A stretch of 64,000 nucleotides of DNA, from positions 124,001 through 188,000 of the IMG/VR virus record IMGVR_UViG_3300040801_002079, one strand, 5' to 3'. The position numbers and the translations under genes were made by a program. Numbering within the stretch: position 1 is the stretch's first letter; each line of letters opens with the position of its first letter. Shown piece by piece: positions 1 through 10,400 of this stretch. Below the pieces are notes generated by a model that made no database searches, was not told where the DNA came from, and saw nothing but the letters and a program-made list of their open reading frames with translations.

Positions 1-53
1 ATCGTTATTGGTGGGGCTTGCACCCTAGCAATTTATCATCCGTACATTATTGA

Positions 54-82
54 TTGACACAGATCAATTTATTTGGTAAAGT
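54..82 (+). promoter_or_regulatory. sigma70-like promoter (TTGACA-17 nt-TAAAGT)
   Basis: TTGACA at 54-59 and TAAAGT at 77-82, upstream of the ORF at 112. Confidence 0.55.
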
Positions 83-111
83 ATTAAAACTTTCACTCAA
101 TAGGTAAGACT

Positions 112-726
112 ATGAAAATTTTATTTTTGTCGATATGGCTATCGGCTGCGTATTTTTTATACTCAATTCCTTACGAGGATTATATCATCGAAGAGGATTT
201 GGTTCCCGTGTCTGATGCGGAACTCAATCTTCCTGTTCGTAAAGTTCCACCCAAGGTGGGGCTAGAACCTCTTTTTTCTGAAAGCGAGGTTTTGTGTCTG
301 CAACAAAACATATTTTTTGAAGCCCGCAATCAGGGCTACGAAGCTAAGATCGCAGTCGCATGGGTTACTTTAAACCGAGTTAACCACTCTCGCCATGCAA
401 ATGATATATGCGGGGTAGTGAAACACGCTATCTATAAAAATGGTTTGCCGGTTAAAAATCGATGTGCATTTAGTTGGTTCTGTGATCGAAAGCCAGATCG
501 TCCATCAAATAATAAAATAGAATTACGTGCATGGGACGAAGCCGGATATATTGCGCGAAAATTTTTAATGAATTGTTTAGATGGTAAAACGGAGTTGTGC
601 CCGGAAGACCCCACTCACGGGGCAACATTTTATTTTAACCCAACTTTAGCTGATCCACACTGGAAAAATGTAAAGGTTAAAACTGTGGCTATCGATGATC
701 ACGTTTTTTATCGATATAATGATTAA
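112..726 (+). CDS. Cell wall hydrolase, SleB/CwlJ (Hydrolase_2) family, N-terminal membrane anchor
   Basis: EARNQ catalytic Glu motif, AVAWVTLNRV, ICGVV, FSWFCD, GATFYFNP, IDDHVFYR; hydrophobic N-terminus. Confidence 0.88.
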   Translation: MKILFLSIWLSAAYFLYSIPYEDYIIEEDLVPVSDAELNLPVRKVPPKVGLEPLFSESEVLCLQQNIFFEARNQGYEAKIAVAWVTLNRVNHSRHANDICGVVKHAIYKNGLPVKNRCAFSWFCDRKPDRPSNNKIELRAWDEAGYIARKFLMNCLDGKTELCPEDPTHGATFYFNPTLADPHWKNVKVKTVAIDDHVFYRYND

Positions 727-730
727 AATG

Positions 731-940
731 CTATGAATTGAAATCTTTGACCTTATTGGCTTCAAGTATTTCAAATAACTCAAACACATTCAATGATACC
801 AACGTGCTACCACCAACTCTTTTTACTAAAAAGAAGGGTACAGGTTTAGCGTCAAACAGCATGTATATGTTTGCAGAAGTCCCATCTAAAAGTGGGAATG
901 ATTTGCCAACCAAATCATTTAGATTAATATACTCATCCAT
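731..940 (-). CDS. hypothetical protein
   Basis: 69-aa ATG ORF filling the gap between two + strand genes; no motif. Confidence 0.45.
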   Translation of the reverse strand: MDEYINLNDLVGKSFPLLDGTSANIYMLFDAKPVPFFLVKRVGGSTLVSLNVFELFEILEANKVKDFNS

Positions 941-969
941 TATTGTATTTAGTGTTATTTTGAGGTATA

Positions 970-1482
970 ATGTTTCATATGAACATTTTAAGTGAAAAAT
1001 GGTGCGTTAGATTTTTACATCTGGCGAGAACTGTATCTAGATGGTCTAAGGACCCCTCAACTCAGGTTGGGGCGGTTATTACATCTATGGAAGGTGATCC
1101 TATATCTTTTGGATATAATGGATTCCCAAAGGGTGTGAGAGAATCTGATGAACGCCTAGAGCGTCCACAAAAATATGATTTCTCTGAACATGCCGAAAGG
1201 AATGCAATATACCTTTCACGGAGAGACTTACGGGATATGGTCATGTATGTGACCTGTTTGCCATGCTGCGACTGTGCCAGAGCTATTATACAATCAGGAA
1301 TAAACATTCTAGTAGTAGATGGTGAGTATCAAAAGACGATAAGGGCTGGAAGCTCTATTTTAACGCCAGATTTTAAACGTCAAAAGGAAAATTCAAGAAT
1401 CATGCTGGAAGAAGCAGGGGTTCAGATTATAGAAAAGTTTACAGCTAATGATATTACTAAATGGGAGAATATAAATGGCTAA
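970..1482 (+). CDS. cd: dCMP deaminase (cytidine/deoxycytidylate deaminase family)
   Basis: SKDPSTQVGAVI, GYNGFPKG, HAERNAI, PCCDC zinc ligands. Confidence 0.93.
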   Translation: MFHMNILSEKWCVRFLHLARTVSRWSKDPSTQVGAVITSMEGDPISFGYNGFPKGVRESDERLERPQKYDFSEHAERNAIYLSRRDLRDMVMYVTCLPCCDCARAIIQSGINILVVDGEYQKTIRAGSSILTPDFKRQKENSRIMLEEAGVQIIEKFTANDITKWENING

Positions 1483-1996
1483 AGGTAAGAACAGTAAGAA
1501 AAAGAAAGAAGTGATTGAAGATGTGGAAGAAGTGATCAGTGATGTGGTTGAAGAGATAACGGCTGAAACCAAATTTGTTGATAATTCATTTGCTGAATGC
1601 ATTGCGAGTATTACCAGAATTCCATCTGAACTTTTCGGTGATATTCATGCAAACATTGACCGTGTTGGAGTTGAAGAATGGCATAAGCCATACATTGAGG
1701 TTTTGAAACACCACGGCTATGATATGATATTCTTTGAGTATAATCCGGCTGAACCCATTGGTGGGGACAAGAAGCTTGAAAACATTATGTTTGAGCGTCT
1801 TCCCACCGGTAAGTGCATCATGATGGGGCGTGATTCGGTTCACAACTTTAAGAGTGTTACGGCAATTATTAATGACAAACACTTAGCTAAGGTTGTATTT
1901 GATCCAGCACCCAATGCATCGTTTGTTGAATTGTCACATGTCGGGTTCTTTATTAGAACGTTTATGGAAAGTTCTACTGAAGCCGATGGTTCTTAA
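1475..1996 (+). CDS. hypothetical protein
   Basis: 173-aa ORF overlapping its neighbours in operon fashion; charged N-terminus. Confidence 0.7.
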   Translation: MAKGKNSKKKKEVIEDVEEVISDVVEEITAETKFVDNSFAECIASITRIPSELFGDIHANIDRVGVEEWHKPYIEVLKHHGYDMIFFEYNPAEPIGGDKKLENIMFERLPTGKCIMMGRDSVHNFKSVTAIINDKHLAKVVFDPAPNASFVELSHVGFFIRTFMESSTEADGS

Positions 1997-2372
1997 TCAA
2001 ACATCTTATAACAAAGCATTTAATCTGCGAATCAATGAATGTTTGCAGAGTGTGGCACACTCATATGGGAATATTTTAGATATTCCCCGCAAAGCCGATA
2101 TTATTTTTAATTATGAATTTATTAAAAAGGATTGGCTGGCAGCAGCGAGTGTTGACCCAAATGCTAAAGTTACTCAAAGCATCATATCCTTCAACCCTCT
2201 ATATGTAGAAGAGTATTTTGATGAATTTATAGAAGATATTATTCCCCATGAGTTATCACACATTATTTGTTTTTTAAATAGATTAGATGATGGGCATGGG
2301 AAAAACTGGAAAACATTGTGTCGTGAAATGGGCGGCACCGGGGAAGAATTTCATAGGATCAGATACGCATGA
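1986..2372 (+). CDS. SprT-like zinc metalloprotease domain protein
   Basis: IIPHELSH (HExxH) followed by DDGHGKNWK; start moved to ATG 1986. Confidence 0.8.
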   Translation: MVLNQTSYNKAFNLRINECLQSVAHSYGNILDIPRKADIIFNYEFIKKDWLAAASVDPNAKVTQSIISFNPLYVEEYFDEFIEDIIPHELSHIICFLNRLDDGHGKNWKTLCREMGGTGEEFHRIRYA

Positions 2373-3106
2373 TTTATGCTATTGGTGACATTCATGGAAC
2401 ATATGTAAAACTGATACGCCTGTATCAGAAGATTATGCTTCATATGAAATACAACGGGGTGAAACGAGCCACGATCATCTTTTTGGGTGATTATGTTGAT
2501 CGCGGTCCACACCCACATAAAGTATTTGATTTCCTTATGAATTTGAAAGATACTGATGAAATTAAGCACATCTTTTTAAAGGGAAATCACGAGGATATGA
2601 TGATTCATGCTTATGATGGAGCAGACTATAAAGTATGGGTTGCTAATGGTGGGAGAGATACATTAAATGCTTTTGACATTGGCTATCCTGAAGACTTTGT
2701 TGGCAATGAAGAAGTAAAGCCCTATATTGATTGGTGCCGACAACTTGATGTTATGCATGTTGTGGGTAAATATATTTTTGTTCATGGCGGATATGACCCA
2801 AAGCGTCCACCAAACGATCAAAAAGATGAAGTTTTAATGTGGAAAAGAAGCACTCCTTACATGGATGGGAGAGAGTATGAAACGTGCGATTACACTATAG
2901 TGCATGGACATACTCCACATAAGGAACCCAAGATGTATAAAAATGAAATCAATGTTGATACATTTGCATATTATGATGGGCCTCTTACAGCAGTTGCTAT
3001 ACCGGAAGATATTACCCAGTATAATGCTGATGACATTTATGGTATGACAGATGATTGTTTCAATAAGGTAACCAATAATACTATTGAGTTCTTGACGGCT
3101 CAATAG
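2369..3106 (+). CDS. Calcineurin-like metallophosphoesterase (Ser/Thr protein phosphatase, NinI/PphA-like)
   Basis: IGDIHG, GDYVDRG, KGNHE, FVHGG, VHGHTP motifs. Confidence 0.92.
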   Translation: MIYAIGDIHGTYVKLIRLYQKIMLHMKYNGVKRATIIFLGDYVDRGPHPHKVFDFLMNLKDTDEIKHIFLKGNHEDMMIHAYDGADYKVWVANGGRDTLNAFDIGYPEDFVGNEEVKPYIDWCRQLDVMHVVGKYIFVHGGYDPKRPPNDQKDEVLMWKRSTPYMDGREYETCDYTIVHGHTPHKEPKMYKNEINVDTFAYYDGPLTAVAIPEDITQYNADDIYGMTDDCFNKVTNNTIEFLTAQ

Positions 3107-3155
3107 GGATTATGATATAGTTCAATCTCATTTAACGCAAACAGGAGAAAATTAA

Positions 3156-4520
3156 ATGAATGAAGTAAGCACAGGTTTTAATATTTGGCTGGTTCTCGTT
3201 CCCCTCATTTTGGTTGGTGGCGTAGTAATCTGGCTAGGATTATCGAAATGGCTGCGTGTCGCCGTCAAACCCAATGAAGTACATATTGTTCAATCATCAA
3301 ACAAACGTGTTTCGTATGGCGGTGATGGTTCCGCTAAAAACGTTTATTGGCGCTGGCCCGAGTGGGTCCCCATTTTGGGTGTTGAAGTAATTGAGTTACC
3401 TCTTTCCGTATTTGATCTTGATCTTCCTAATTATGAAGCATACGATCAGGACAAAGTACCCTTTATGGTTGATGTAAAGGCGTTCTTCCGCATTATGGAT
3501 TCCCGCATTGCATCAGAGCGAGTAGAAAACATGCATGAACTTAATGAACAGTTGCTTGCGATTGTTCAGGGTACTATTCGTAAGGTTCTTGCCATGCATG
3601 ATGTTGAAAAGATCATGGTTGATCGTGCAACTTTTGGCGAACTCTTTACAGAAGAGACCACTGAGAGTCTTGCAGCATGGGGTGTTGAAAATGTCAAGAA
3701 CATTGAACTCATGGATGTTCGTGACGCTAAAGGCTCTGAAACCATCTCTAACATCATGGCAAAGCGTGAATCTTTTATTGAGAAAGAATCTCGCATTGAA
3801 GTAGCCGAAAACCGTAAAGCAGCCGCCCAGAAAGAAATTGAAGCACAGCGTGAAGTTGATATTTCCGAACAGGAAGCTGAACAAAAGGTTGGTGAGCGCA
3901 CTGCCGAAAAAACCAAGATGGTTGGTATTGCTGAAGAAATGGCTCAGCAGGAAATTAAAGAGCAAGCCCGTGTTACTGCCGAGAAAGATATGGCGGTTAA
4001 AAAGGTTAACGATGTCAGAACTGCTGAAATTAATAGAGAGGTTCGTGTGGTTCAGGCAGACGAAGCCAAGCAGGTTGACATTGTTGAATCCGAAGGTAAG
4101 AAGCAAGAAGCTATCATCGTTGCTGAAGGTATGAAGGAATCTGAATTCTTACGAGCAATGGGTATTGAAAAGGTTGGTAACGCGGAGGCTGAGGCCATTA
4201 AAGCTAAGGGTCTTGCAGAAGTTGCGCCCGATATCCGTCTTGCCGAAGAGATTGGTGAAAATGAAGGATATCAGGAATACCTTGTTAAAATTCGTGTTCA
4301 GGATAAAGAACAAGCGGTTGGTGAAGAAGCTGCAAGAGCACTCCAAACTGGTGATCTTAAAATTATCGCCAATGCTGGAGATGTTAATGGCGGCATGAAT
4401 AGCCTGCTTGATATCTTTTCTTCAAAGGGTGGAACTAACCTTGGTGCAGCGTTAGAGGGTCTTGCTCAAACTGAAGTCGGTGGGGCACTTCTCAATAAGG
4501 TGACTGGAACCAAGGATTGA
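3156..4520 (+). CDS. SPFH/Band-7 flotillin-like membrane protein
   Basis: N-terminal TM helix, SPFH domain, long EA/AE-rich coiled coil, flotillin-like C-terminus. Confidence 0.88.
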   Translation: MNEVSTGFNIWLVLVPLILVGGVVIWLGLSKWLRVAVKPNEVHIVQSSNKRVSYGGDGSAKNVYWRWPEWVPILGVEVIELPLSVFDLDLPNYEAYDQDKVPFMVDVKAFFRIMDSRIASERVENMHELNEQLLAIVQGTIRKVLAMHDVEKIMVDRATFGELFTEETTESLAAWGVENVKNIELMDVRDAKGSETISNIMAKRESFIEKESRIEVAENRKAAAQKEIEAQREVDISEQEAEQKVGERTAEKTKMVGIAEEMAQQEIKEQARVTAEKDMAVKKVNDVRTAEINREVRVVQADEAKQVDIVESEGKKQEAIIVAEGMKESEFLRAMGIEKVGNAEAEAIKAKGLAEVAPDIRLAEEIGENEGYQEYLVKIRVQDKEQAVGEEAARALQTGDLKIIANAGDVNGGMNSLLDIFSSKGGTNLGAALEGLAQTEVGGALLNKVTGTKD

Positions 4521-4542
4521 TTTAATCCCACCAGTATGATAT

Positions 4543-4576
4543 AAAAGAACCCTCGCTTATGCGGGGGTTTCTTTTT
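4543..4576 (+). terminator. Rho-independent terminator
   Basis: AAGAACCCTCGC-TTAT-GCGGGGGTTTCTT followed by a T run after the flotillin gene. Confidence 0.8.
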
Positions 4577-4586
4577 GGAGAAGAAT

Positions 4587-5369
4587 ATGAAATGGGTAAT
4601 ACAGGATAATTTATACAATGAAGATGGGTACGTTAGATTTATTGAAGCATTGGACAATCAAAAACAGGATTACGAGGTTGTAAAGGTTGTCCCATTCGCT
4701 CATGAATTAATTCCAGATATAGACTTAAACTATAGGCCCATCTTGGTCATGGGGTCAGACTCTCTTATTGCTGCTGCACAGAAGAAGAACTGGTACCCCG
4801 GTGCTTTCACCAATCCCGTTACATTCCACCAGAGTATGTGGAACAGAAAACTTGGGATTAACATGCTCAATTATGATGCGCAGATTGTAAAGTTCGGGGA
4901 TGTTCGTGCCCCTAATGATAGCGAAGAGTTTTTTATTAGACCAGCATTGGATTTTAAAATTTTTGCTGGAACGGTAATAGATGCTGATAGTTTTGAAAAA
5001 TGGCAAGAAAAGGCTGTTGCCTATGGGGACACATTAAATGCGGATACAGAAGTCGTAATCGCTTCACCGAAAGTAATTTATGAGGAATATAGATTCTTTG
5101 TTGTGAATTTCAAAATTGTTACTGCATCCCGTTATAAGATAGGCAATAGAGTTAAACCGGACACCGAGGTTCCATCAGAGGCGGTTCAGTTTGTTACCGA
5201 TATGACTAACTATTGGAACCCAGATATTGCATACGTCATTGATGTTGCCAAGACTCCAAAGGGGTTTAAAGTGATTGAATATAACTGCATTAATGCGTCA
5301 GGATTTTATGCATGTGACTGTGAAAAAATTGTTTCTGCATTGTACGAGCAAGTTCGCTGGTTGAAATAA
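4587..5369 (+). CDS. ATP-grasp domain protein (DUF4343/R2K-like)
   Basis: FFIRPALDFKIFAG, EYRFFVV, AYVIDV, VIEYNCINASGFY. Confidence 0.82.
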   Translation: MKWVIQDNLYNEDGYVRFIEALDNQKQDYEVVKVVPFAHELIPDIDLNYRPILVMGSDSLIAAAQKKNWYPGAFTNPVTFHQSMWNRKLGINMLNYDAQIVKFGDVRAPNDSEEFFIRPALDFKIFAGTVIDADSFEKWQEKAVAYGDTLNADTEVVIASPKVIYEEYRFFVVNFKIVTASRYKIGNRVKPDTEVPSEAVQFVTDMTNYWNPDIAYVIDVAKTPKGFKVIEYNCINASGFYACDCEKIVSALYEQVRWLK

Positions 5370-5372
5370 ATA
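5366..5372 (+). promoter_or_regulatory. T4-type late promoter ATAAATA
   Basis: motif 5 nt before the MKLNEI gene; same motif at more than 20 intergenic sites. Confidence 0.65.
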
Positions 5373-5377
5373 CTGGT

Positions 5378-5872
5378 ATGAAACTTAATGAAATTGCGTC
5401 CAGTCGAGCATTAAAAACAAAAAAAGGTAGCCTCATTAAACGCTCCAAGTTTGGAGTTGGGAAACTTATTGGTGGGTACCTCTATCTACATAGAAATTAC
5501 ATCAATGATTTGCCTCCGGAGTTAAAACAAAAAATTATTGCAGCCGAAGAATATCTTGATGGGTTCGAATATAATACAGTTAAGGTTGGGTTAAAAAATG
5601 ATGTTGTAACATTTATAAATTCATCAGATTTTGATGAATCCCCGGAACCCACTGTAGGCAAATATGTTTCAATAAATTCATCGGGTGATACTAAAACCGG
5701 TTCCAGTAATGCAATCTGGCATCATAAATGGCTATGGGTCAAGGATGATTATCAGGGATTTGATGTGGAGGATTCATTTGAGCGATCCAAGAAATATCTG
5801 GAAATGGACATAGATTTCTCTAGAATAGGTAATAAAACATTTTGGGAGGACAACTATGCCAACAAACTATAA
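5378..5872 (+). CDS. Putative head-packaged protein; resembles the C-terminal domain of DNA-phosphorothioation-associated putative methyltransferases
   Basis: Late promoter at 5366; MKLNEI N-terminus; GK..LYLH, DFDESPEP, IWHHKWLWVKDDY pattern recalled from that family. Confidence 0.5.
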   Translation: MKLNEIASSRALKTKKGSLIKRSKFGVGKLIGGYLYLHRNYINDLPPELKQKIIAAEEYLDGFEYNTVKVGLKNDVVTFINSSDFDESPEPTVGKYVSINSSGDTKTGSSNAIWHHKWLWVKDDYQGFDVEDSFERSKKYLEMDIDFSRIGNKTFWEDNYANKL

Positions 5873-6575
5873 CCCATATACCCCACAGGCAGTCTCTGAG
5901 TGGCATCAAGAGCTTTCTAAACATGTCGGATGGCATGTACGTCATGTCGTAGATTATTTCCTAGACAGGGGCTTCACAGAGATTAAGATGATTGATGTTG
6001 GATGCTGCACTGGAAGGCTGGTTGAGCTAATGAATGAGCGTATAACCATTTCTGATGCAATCCTCATTGATGCCATATCCGAATTAACAGATCATGCAAA
6101 ATCAATATTCGGGGACAAATACAAATATGAAACCACTGTTCTTGGAAACAAAATAGGAGTAACGGACATTACTTTGCCTCAGCCAACAAACGGCGCTGTA
6201 AACTTAGGGGGAGCAACTGCACGAAAACAGGCAAACGATGTTCGCCCCAATGTCCCCATAAATACATTTGACGCACTATGGAAAGAGAAGTACATGGGGT
6301 TTGAACCCAACCTAATCAAAATAGATGCTGAAGGTTTGGATATAGATGTTATAGAAGGTATGAGGGAATTCTTAACATCTCTGGATACCAAGCCCCTCAT
6401 TGTTTATGAGATAGCGGGCATAAATATGTCTGAAGACGAAGTTGATGAGGTATATGATAGGCTTTCATTTTTAACCGAAATGGGATATGAGCCAATCTGG
6501 GAAGATTCCCTAGCTCCGAAGAAATGTTGTGACTTAGTAATAGGTATTAAAGATGAAATTGAAACAATTATATGA
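5856..6575 (+). CDS. FkbM-family SAM-dependent methyltransferase
   Basis: MIDVGCCTG SAM-binding motif I; LIKIDAEGLD motif typical of FkbM. Confidence 0.82.
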   Translation: MPTNYNPYTPQAVSEWHQELSKHVGWHVRHVVDYFLDRGFTEIKMIDVGCCTGRLVELMNERITISDAILIDAISELTDHAKSIFGDKYKYETTVLGNKIGVTDITLPQPTNGAVNLGGATARKQANDVRPNVPINTFDALWKEKYMGFEPNLIKIDAEGLDIDVIEGMREFLTSLDTKPLIVYEIAGINMSEDEVDEVYDRLSFLTEMGYEPIWEDSLAPKKCCDLVIGIKDEIETII

Positions 6576-6957
6576 AGCGGATTTAAATTGGGCTACACGG
6601 GATAATGCTCAGCGTCCCGGAAACTTTGATGATAAAAATTATGTACTATTAATGGTTAACATTAAAGACACTTTTGACAATGGACACTCTGGTTTCAAAT
6701 TAGATGTTGAAGATGAAAAAGGTGGACCCAATGCAATTGGTGATAGGTTGACCAAAGCTAAGGCACATTTTGAACAAGGGAAGCCCATGGACTATCCCGA
6801 AGTTGCATACAATCTATCAACAAAAACAGTAGATTATACCAATGGTAGACATCGTGCGGTTGCAGCATATCAAATGGGTAAATGGTTTATTCCTATGTTC
6901 GTATCAAAAGATGGGCTTCACAAATTCAAAGAGGTTGTAAGAACCCTTCCAATCTGA
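6553..6957 (+). CDS. ParB/Srx-like domain protein, putative head-associated
   Basis: TNGRHRAVAA motif; MKLKQLYE N-terminus. Confidence 0.55.
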   Translation: MKLKQLYEADLNWATRDNAQRPGNFDDKNYVLLMVNIKDTFDNGHSGFKLDVEDEKGGPNAIGDRLTKAKAHFEQGKPMDYPEVAYNLSTKTVDYTNGRHRAVAAYQMGKWFIPMFVSKDGLHKFKEVVRTLPI

Positions 6958-6969
6958 TATAATCACATC

Positions 6970-7428
6970 ATGTGGTTACCAGATTTTAGCAATTTATTCT
7001 ATGGAACATCAAATGTCAAGAATGGCAGAATCGGCACTCATTTCAATATTGGGTGGCTTTCGCATCGCCATGAGTTTCCCACCGGAAGCATTGATGATGA
7101 AATCTTAAATAAATTAAGAGCATATCCCATTGTTAATAGATGTAGAGGATTTCATCCCTGTGATTTTTGTGAAGAAAATGTGTTTGGTAATGGTGAAATT
7201 CATGTGATAAGTAACGGTGGGGTTGAATTTAGATCACCCCAAATGCTCATTCATTATATTGAATTCCATAGTTATTTGCCACCTCAACCATTTCTAGACG
7301 CAGTTATTGGGTTGCCTGTAAGCAGAAATGATGTTATTCAGTATATCTTACACCATCACGAACCAACCCTCCAATTCTATGAAGAATGGGAGAAGGGGTT
7401 ACAGACATATCTTAATAAATTTGGATAG
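6970..7428 (+). CDS. conserved hypothetical protein with CxGxHxCxxC putative zinc site
   Basis: CRGFHPCDFC...GNGEIHV...PQMLIHYIEFHSYLPP motif. Confidence 0.65.
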   Translation: MWLPDFSNLFYGTSNVKNGRIGTHFNIGWLSHRHEFPTGSIDDEILNKLRAYPIVNRCRGFHPCDFCEENVFGNGEIHVISNGGVEFRSPQMLIHYIEFHSYLPPQPFLDAVIGLPVSRNDVIQYILHHHEPTLQFYEEWEKGLQTYLNKFG

Positions 7429-7432
7429 ATAT

Positions 7433-10400
7433 TTACCCTGAAACTGTCGGTGTTACGGTTATTGTCGGTGTAACCGTAGCTGTAACAGTTGGTGTAACCG
7501 TTAATGTCGGTGTAACCGTAGCTGTAACAGTTGGTGTAACTGTATTTGTTGGCGTAATCGTTGGTGTAACCGTAGTAGTCGGAGTTACTGTTGGGGTTAA
7601 TGAAATAGTAGCTGTAACAGTTGGTGTAACGGTTGGTGTAGGAGTAGGAGTAGCTTCGATGCCCTTCCATTTTAAAACCAGAGAGTCAATAACTTGCTCA
7701 ACTGTGAAATCATTTAATCCACCCTGAATAAAAATAACTTCACCTATATCAGCATTGAGTCCATCAACCATTGTCATATCATTACAAAATATCCATGATT
7801 CATCCACAACAAATGAATCAACATCCAGTGTTCCAGTGTCAACAATTTCACTGTTATAATATGCCTTAACAGACGTACCATCCTTGAATATTCCACGAAT
7901 AACAATTTCACCCGCTTCGGGATTATTTCCTACACCTTGTGTTAATGTTAATTCCGTTCCTCCATCTGGATAGAACGTAGCTATCGGTCCATCATCAACA
8001 GTGGAATTATAGAGTCTAATTCTTGCTGAACTTGTGTCGGTACTAGAAAAGAATGTGTCGGTGGAACTGTTAGCTATATTGGCAGTTACCCAGAACATCC
8101 CAACATTTGAAAAATCACTTATAGCGTTCCCCTGTGTTCCAACATTTACCGCGCCCGTCACACGGGCAACACTGAGGCCGTTAAATGCATTTTCTCTATA
8201 TGTTATATTGGCTGCATTCCTCCATGAGGGCATTGTGCCGGAATTATTAACCCATGCAGAAACTGATTGACCATCAGTTGGGTTAGTTATAATTTCCCCC
8301 TCCGATGATCCCGTTGATAACCACTGTCCATCACTTGCGTCAAGCCATGTTATAACGGAAACATCCGTATCATCAATCCACCAATTTGGTTTATCATATA
8401 AGTCATGATATGTGAAGCCATTGCCGCTATTGTAGAAGAATGAAATGTCTCCATCAGCTAATAAAACATCACCGTGCACGGCTTGTCCTATATTGCCTTG
8501 GAATTTATATCCAGTATTGGAGCCATAAAGTCCCATATTGGTGTACATCCATTGATTGTCACCAGTATTAGACGTTGGATTAGATGGGGTGTTGGTTACA
8601 GTATGCCACTCAAACGGAGACCCGTTTACAGAAATTCCCATTCTGCCAAGAGTTGAATCCCATTGGACGCAAATTAAATATCGCTGAAGTCTCTGATATT
8701 CTTCACTGAATAGTAAAATTTCATCGTCAATTAAATCTGAATTATTTCTACAAACAAACGCTATTTCGTTTCGGTGTGTACCAAAACTATCAGATATTGA
8801 TATGCCGGAATCATAAGGGTTATAGGGATTATTAACTTCACTCACGTACCTAATCCCTCGTCCTCTGAGCATCAAGAACCACCCATCTCCTTGCCCATCT
8901 TCGCCTGCTGGTCCCTTTTCTGAGCCAACACTTATAAGCGTTTTATCAGAAACATCTTCCATTGGCTCACACCATATCCAGTGGAACCAATCATTATCAA
9001 AATTAAATGATTCTGCTCTTGTTGAACCACTATTCCATCCAGATGTTGAATTATTTGAAAGCACATTATATTCCCTTCCAGTTATCATATCTTCATCTCT
9101 AACGGTGGAAATATCCCATGGAGTTGACATATCAAATTCATAAAAAGCGTCATAGGCATGTGTCATAAAGAGCTTTGTACCATCTGAGCTAATATCAATT
9201 CCATATATCTGCGATGAATCACCTTGCAGGTAATTAAAGTTATGACTGTTAGTTAATGTTGCGCTGGTTATATCCCAAGCCGTACTCAGTGTATATTGTT
9301 CAAGCTCTGCAAAATCTGCTGTTCTATTGCGGCACATTACATACATTTCAGTGCCATCGGGCTTAAATTTTAATCCTACTGGAGAGTCGGAGGTTGACGT
9401 TGTTGCAAGTGGAGTTCCACCAGATACACTTGATGTTATATCCCATGGTGTTCCTAATGTGTATTCAGAGATAGCATCTGTGCCAATAGATGTGCCGAAG
9501 AACTTTGTTCCATCGGGGCTAATATAAATACCATGCATCTCACTATTAACTACAAGCTCCCCCGCAATGGGTGCAGCATTTATATCCCAAGGTGTTGAGC
9601 ATGTTAACTGATAAATCTTAAATGTGCTGGGATTTCTCTCTTCTACCGATACATAGAGACTGGTGCCATCGGGACTGAATATAGCAGCATTTGTAGCGGC
9701 CCAGCGTGATATATCTTCAACATCAGGATGATAAAGATTGCGTCTATTCCCATCACATGTTGCTGTTGTTACATCCCATGGCGTTGACAGTGTAAATGTG
9801 AACAAATCGCTGCCGAATTCGGTAAGGATATATAATTTGGTTCCGTCTGAAGATATATCCATATCCTGTGGAACCCCATCCCAGAAATTAATTTCAAATC
9901 TACCTTCTAGTGTTGCTGTGCTCAAATCTTTAGGTGTTGACATTAGATATTGTGTAATCCAATTACCCTCTTCACCTAAAATATACAATCTGGTATTATC
10001 ATCGCTTATATGAAGCGCTCTTGCTCCGCTGTGTAGGCTTTCATCTACTGATAGTTCAATACTATCATAAGTCATGGTACTAATGTCCCATGGAGTTGAA
10101 AGGCTAAATGAATGCAATGCAAAGTAATCTGCTGGCACTAAATATCGATCAGCTATAGCAAAATATTTAGTTCCATCGGATGAAAAAGCTCCCCCATACT
10201 CTGCCCAATCAACGCCCAACGTCGATAAATCAAGGTAGTAATAACTTGTAGGGTCTAATGTTGTTATATCCCAAGCAGTGGATAGAGTATATGATGCTAC
10301 GCCACCATTGCCGTGCTCATACATAATCAAACCATCTGAGGAAAATTCAATACCATCTTCTTCACCTACATAATAATTAGTATCACTTGTTTTATAATCG

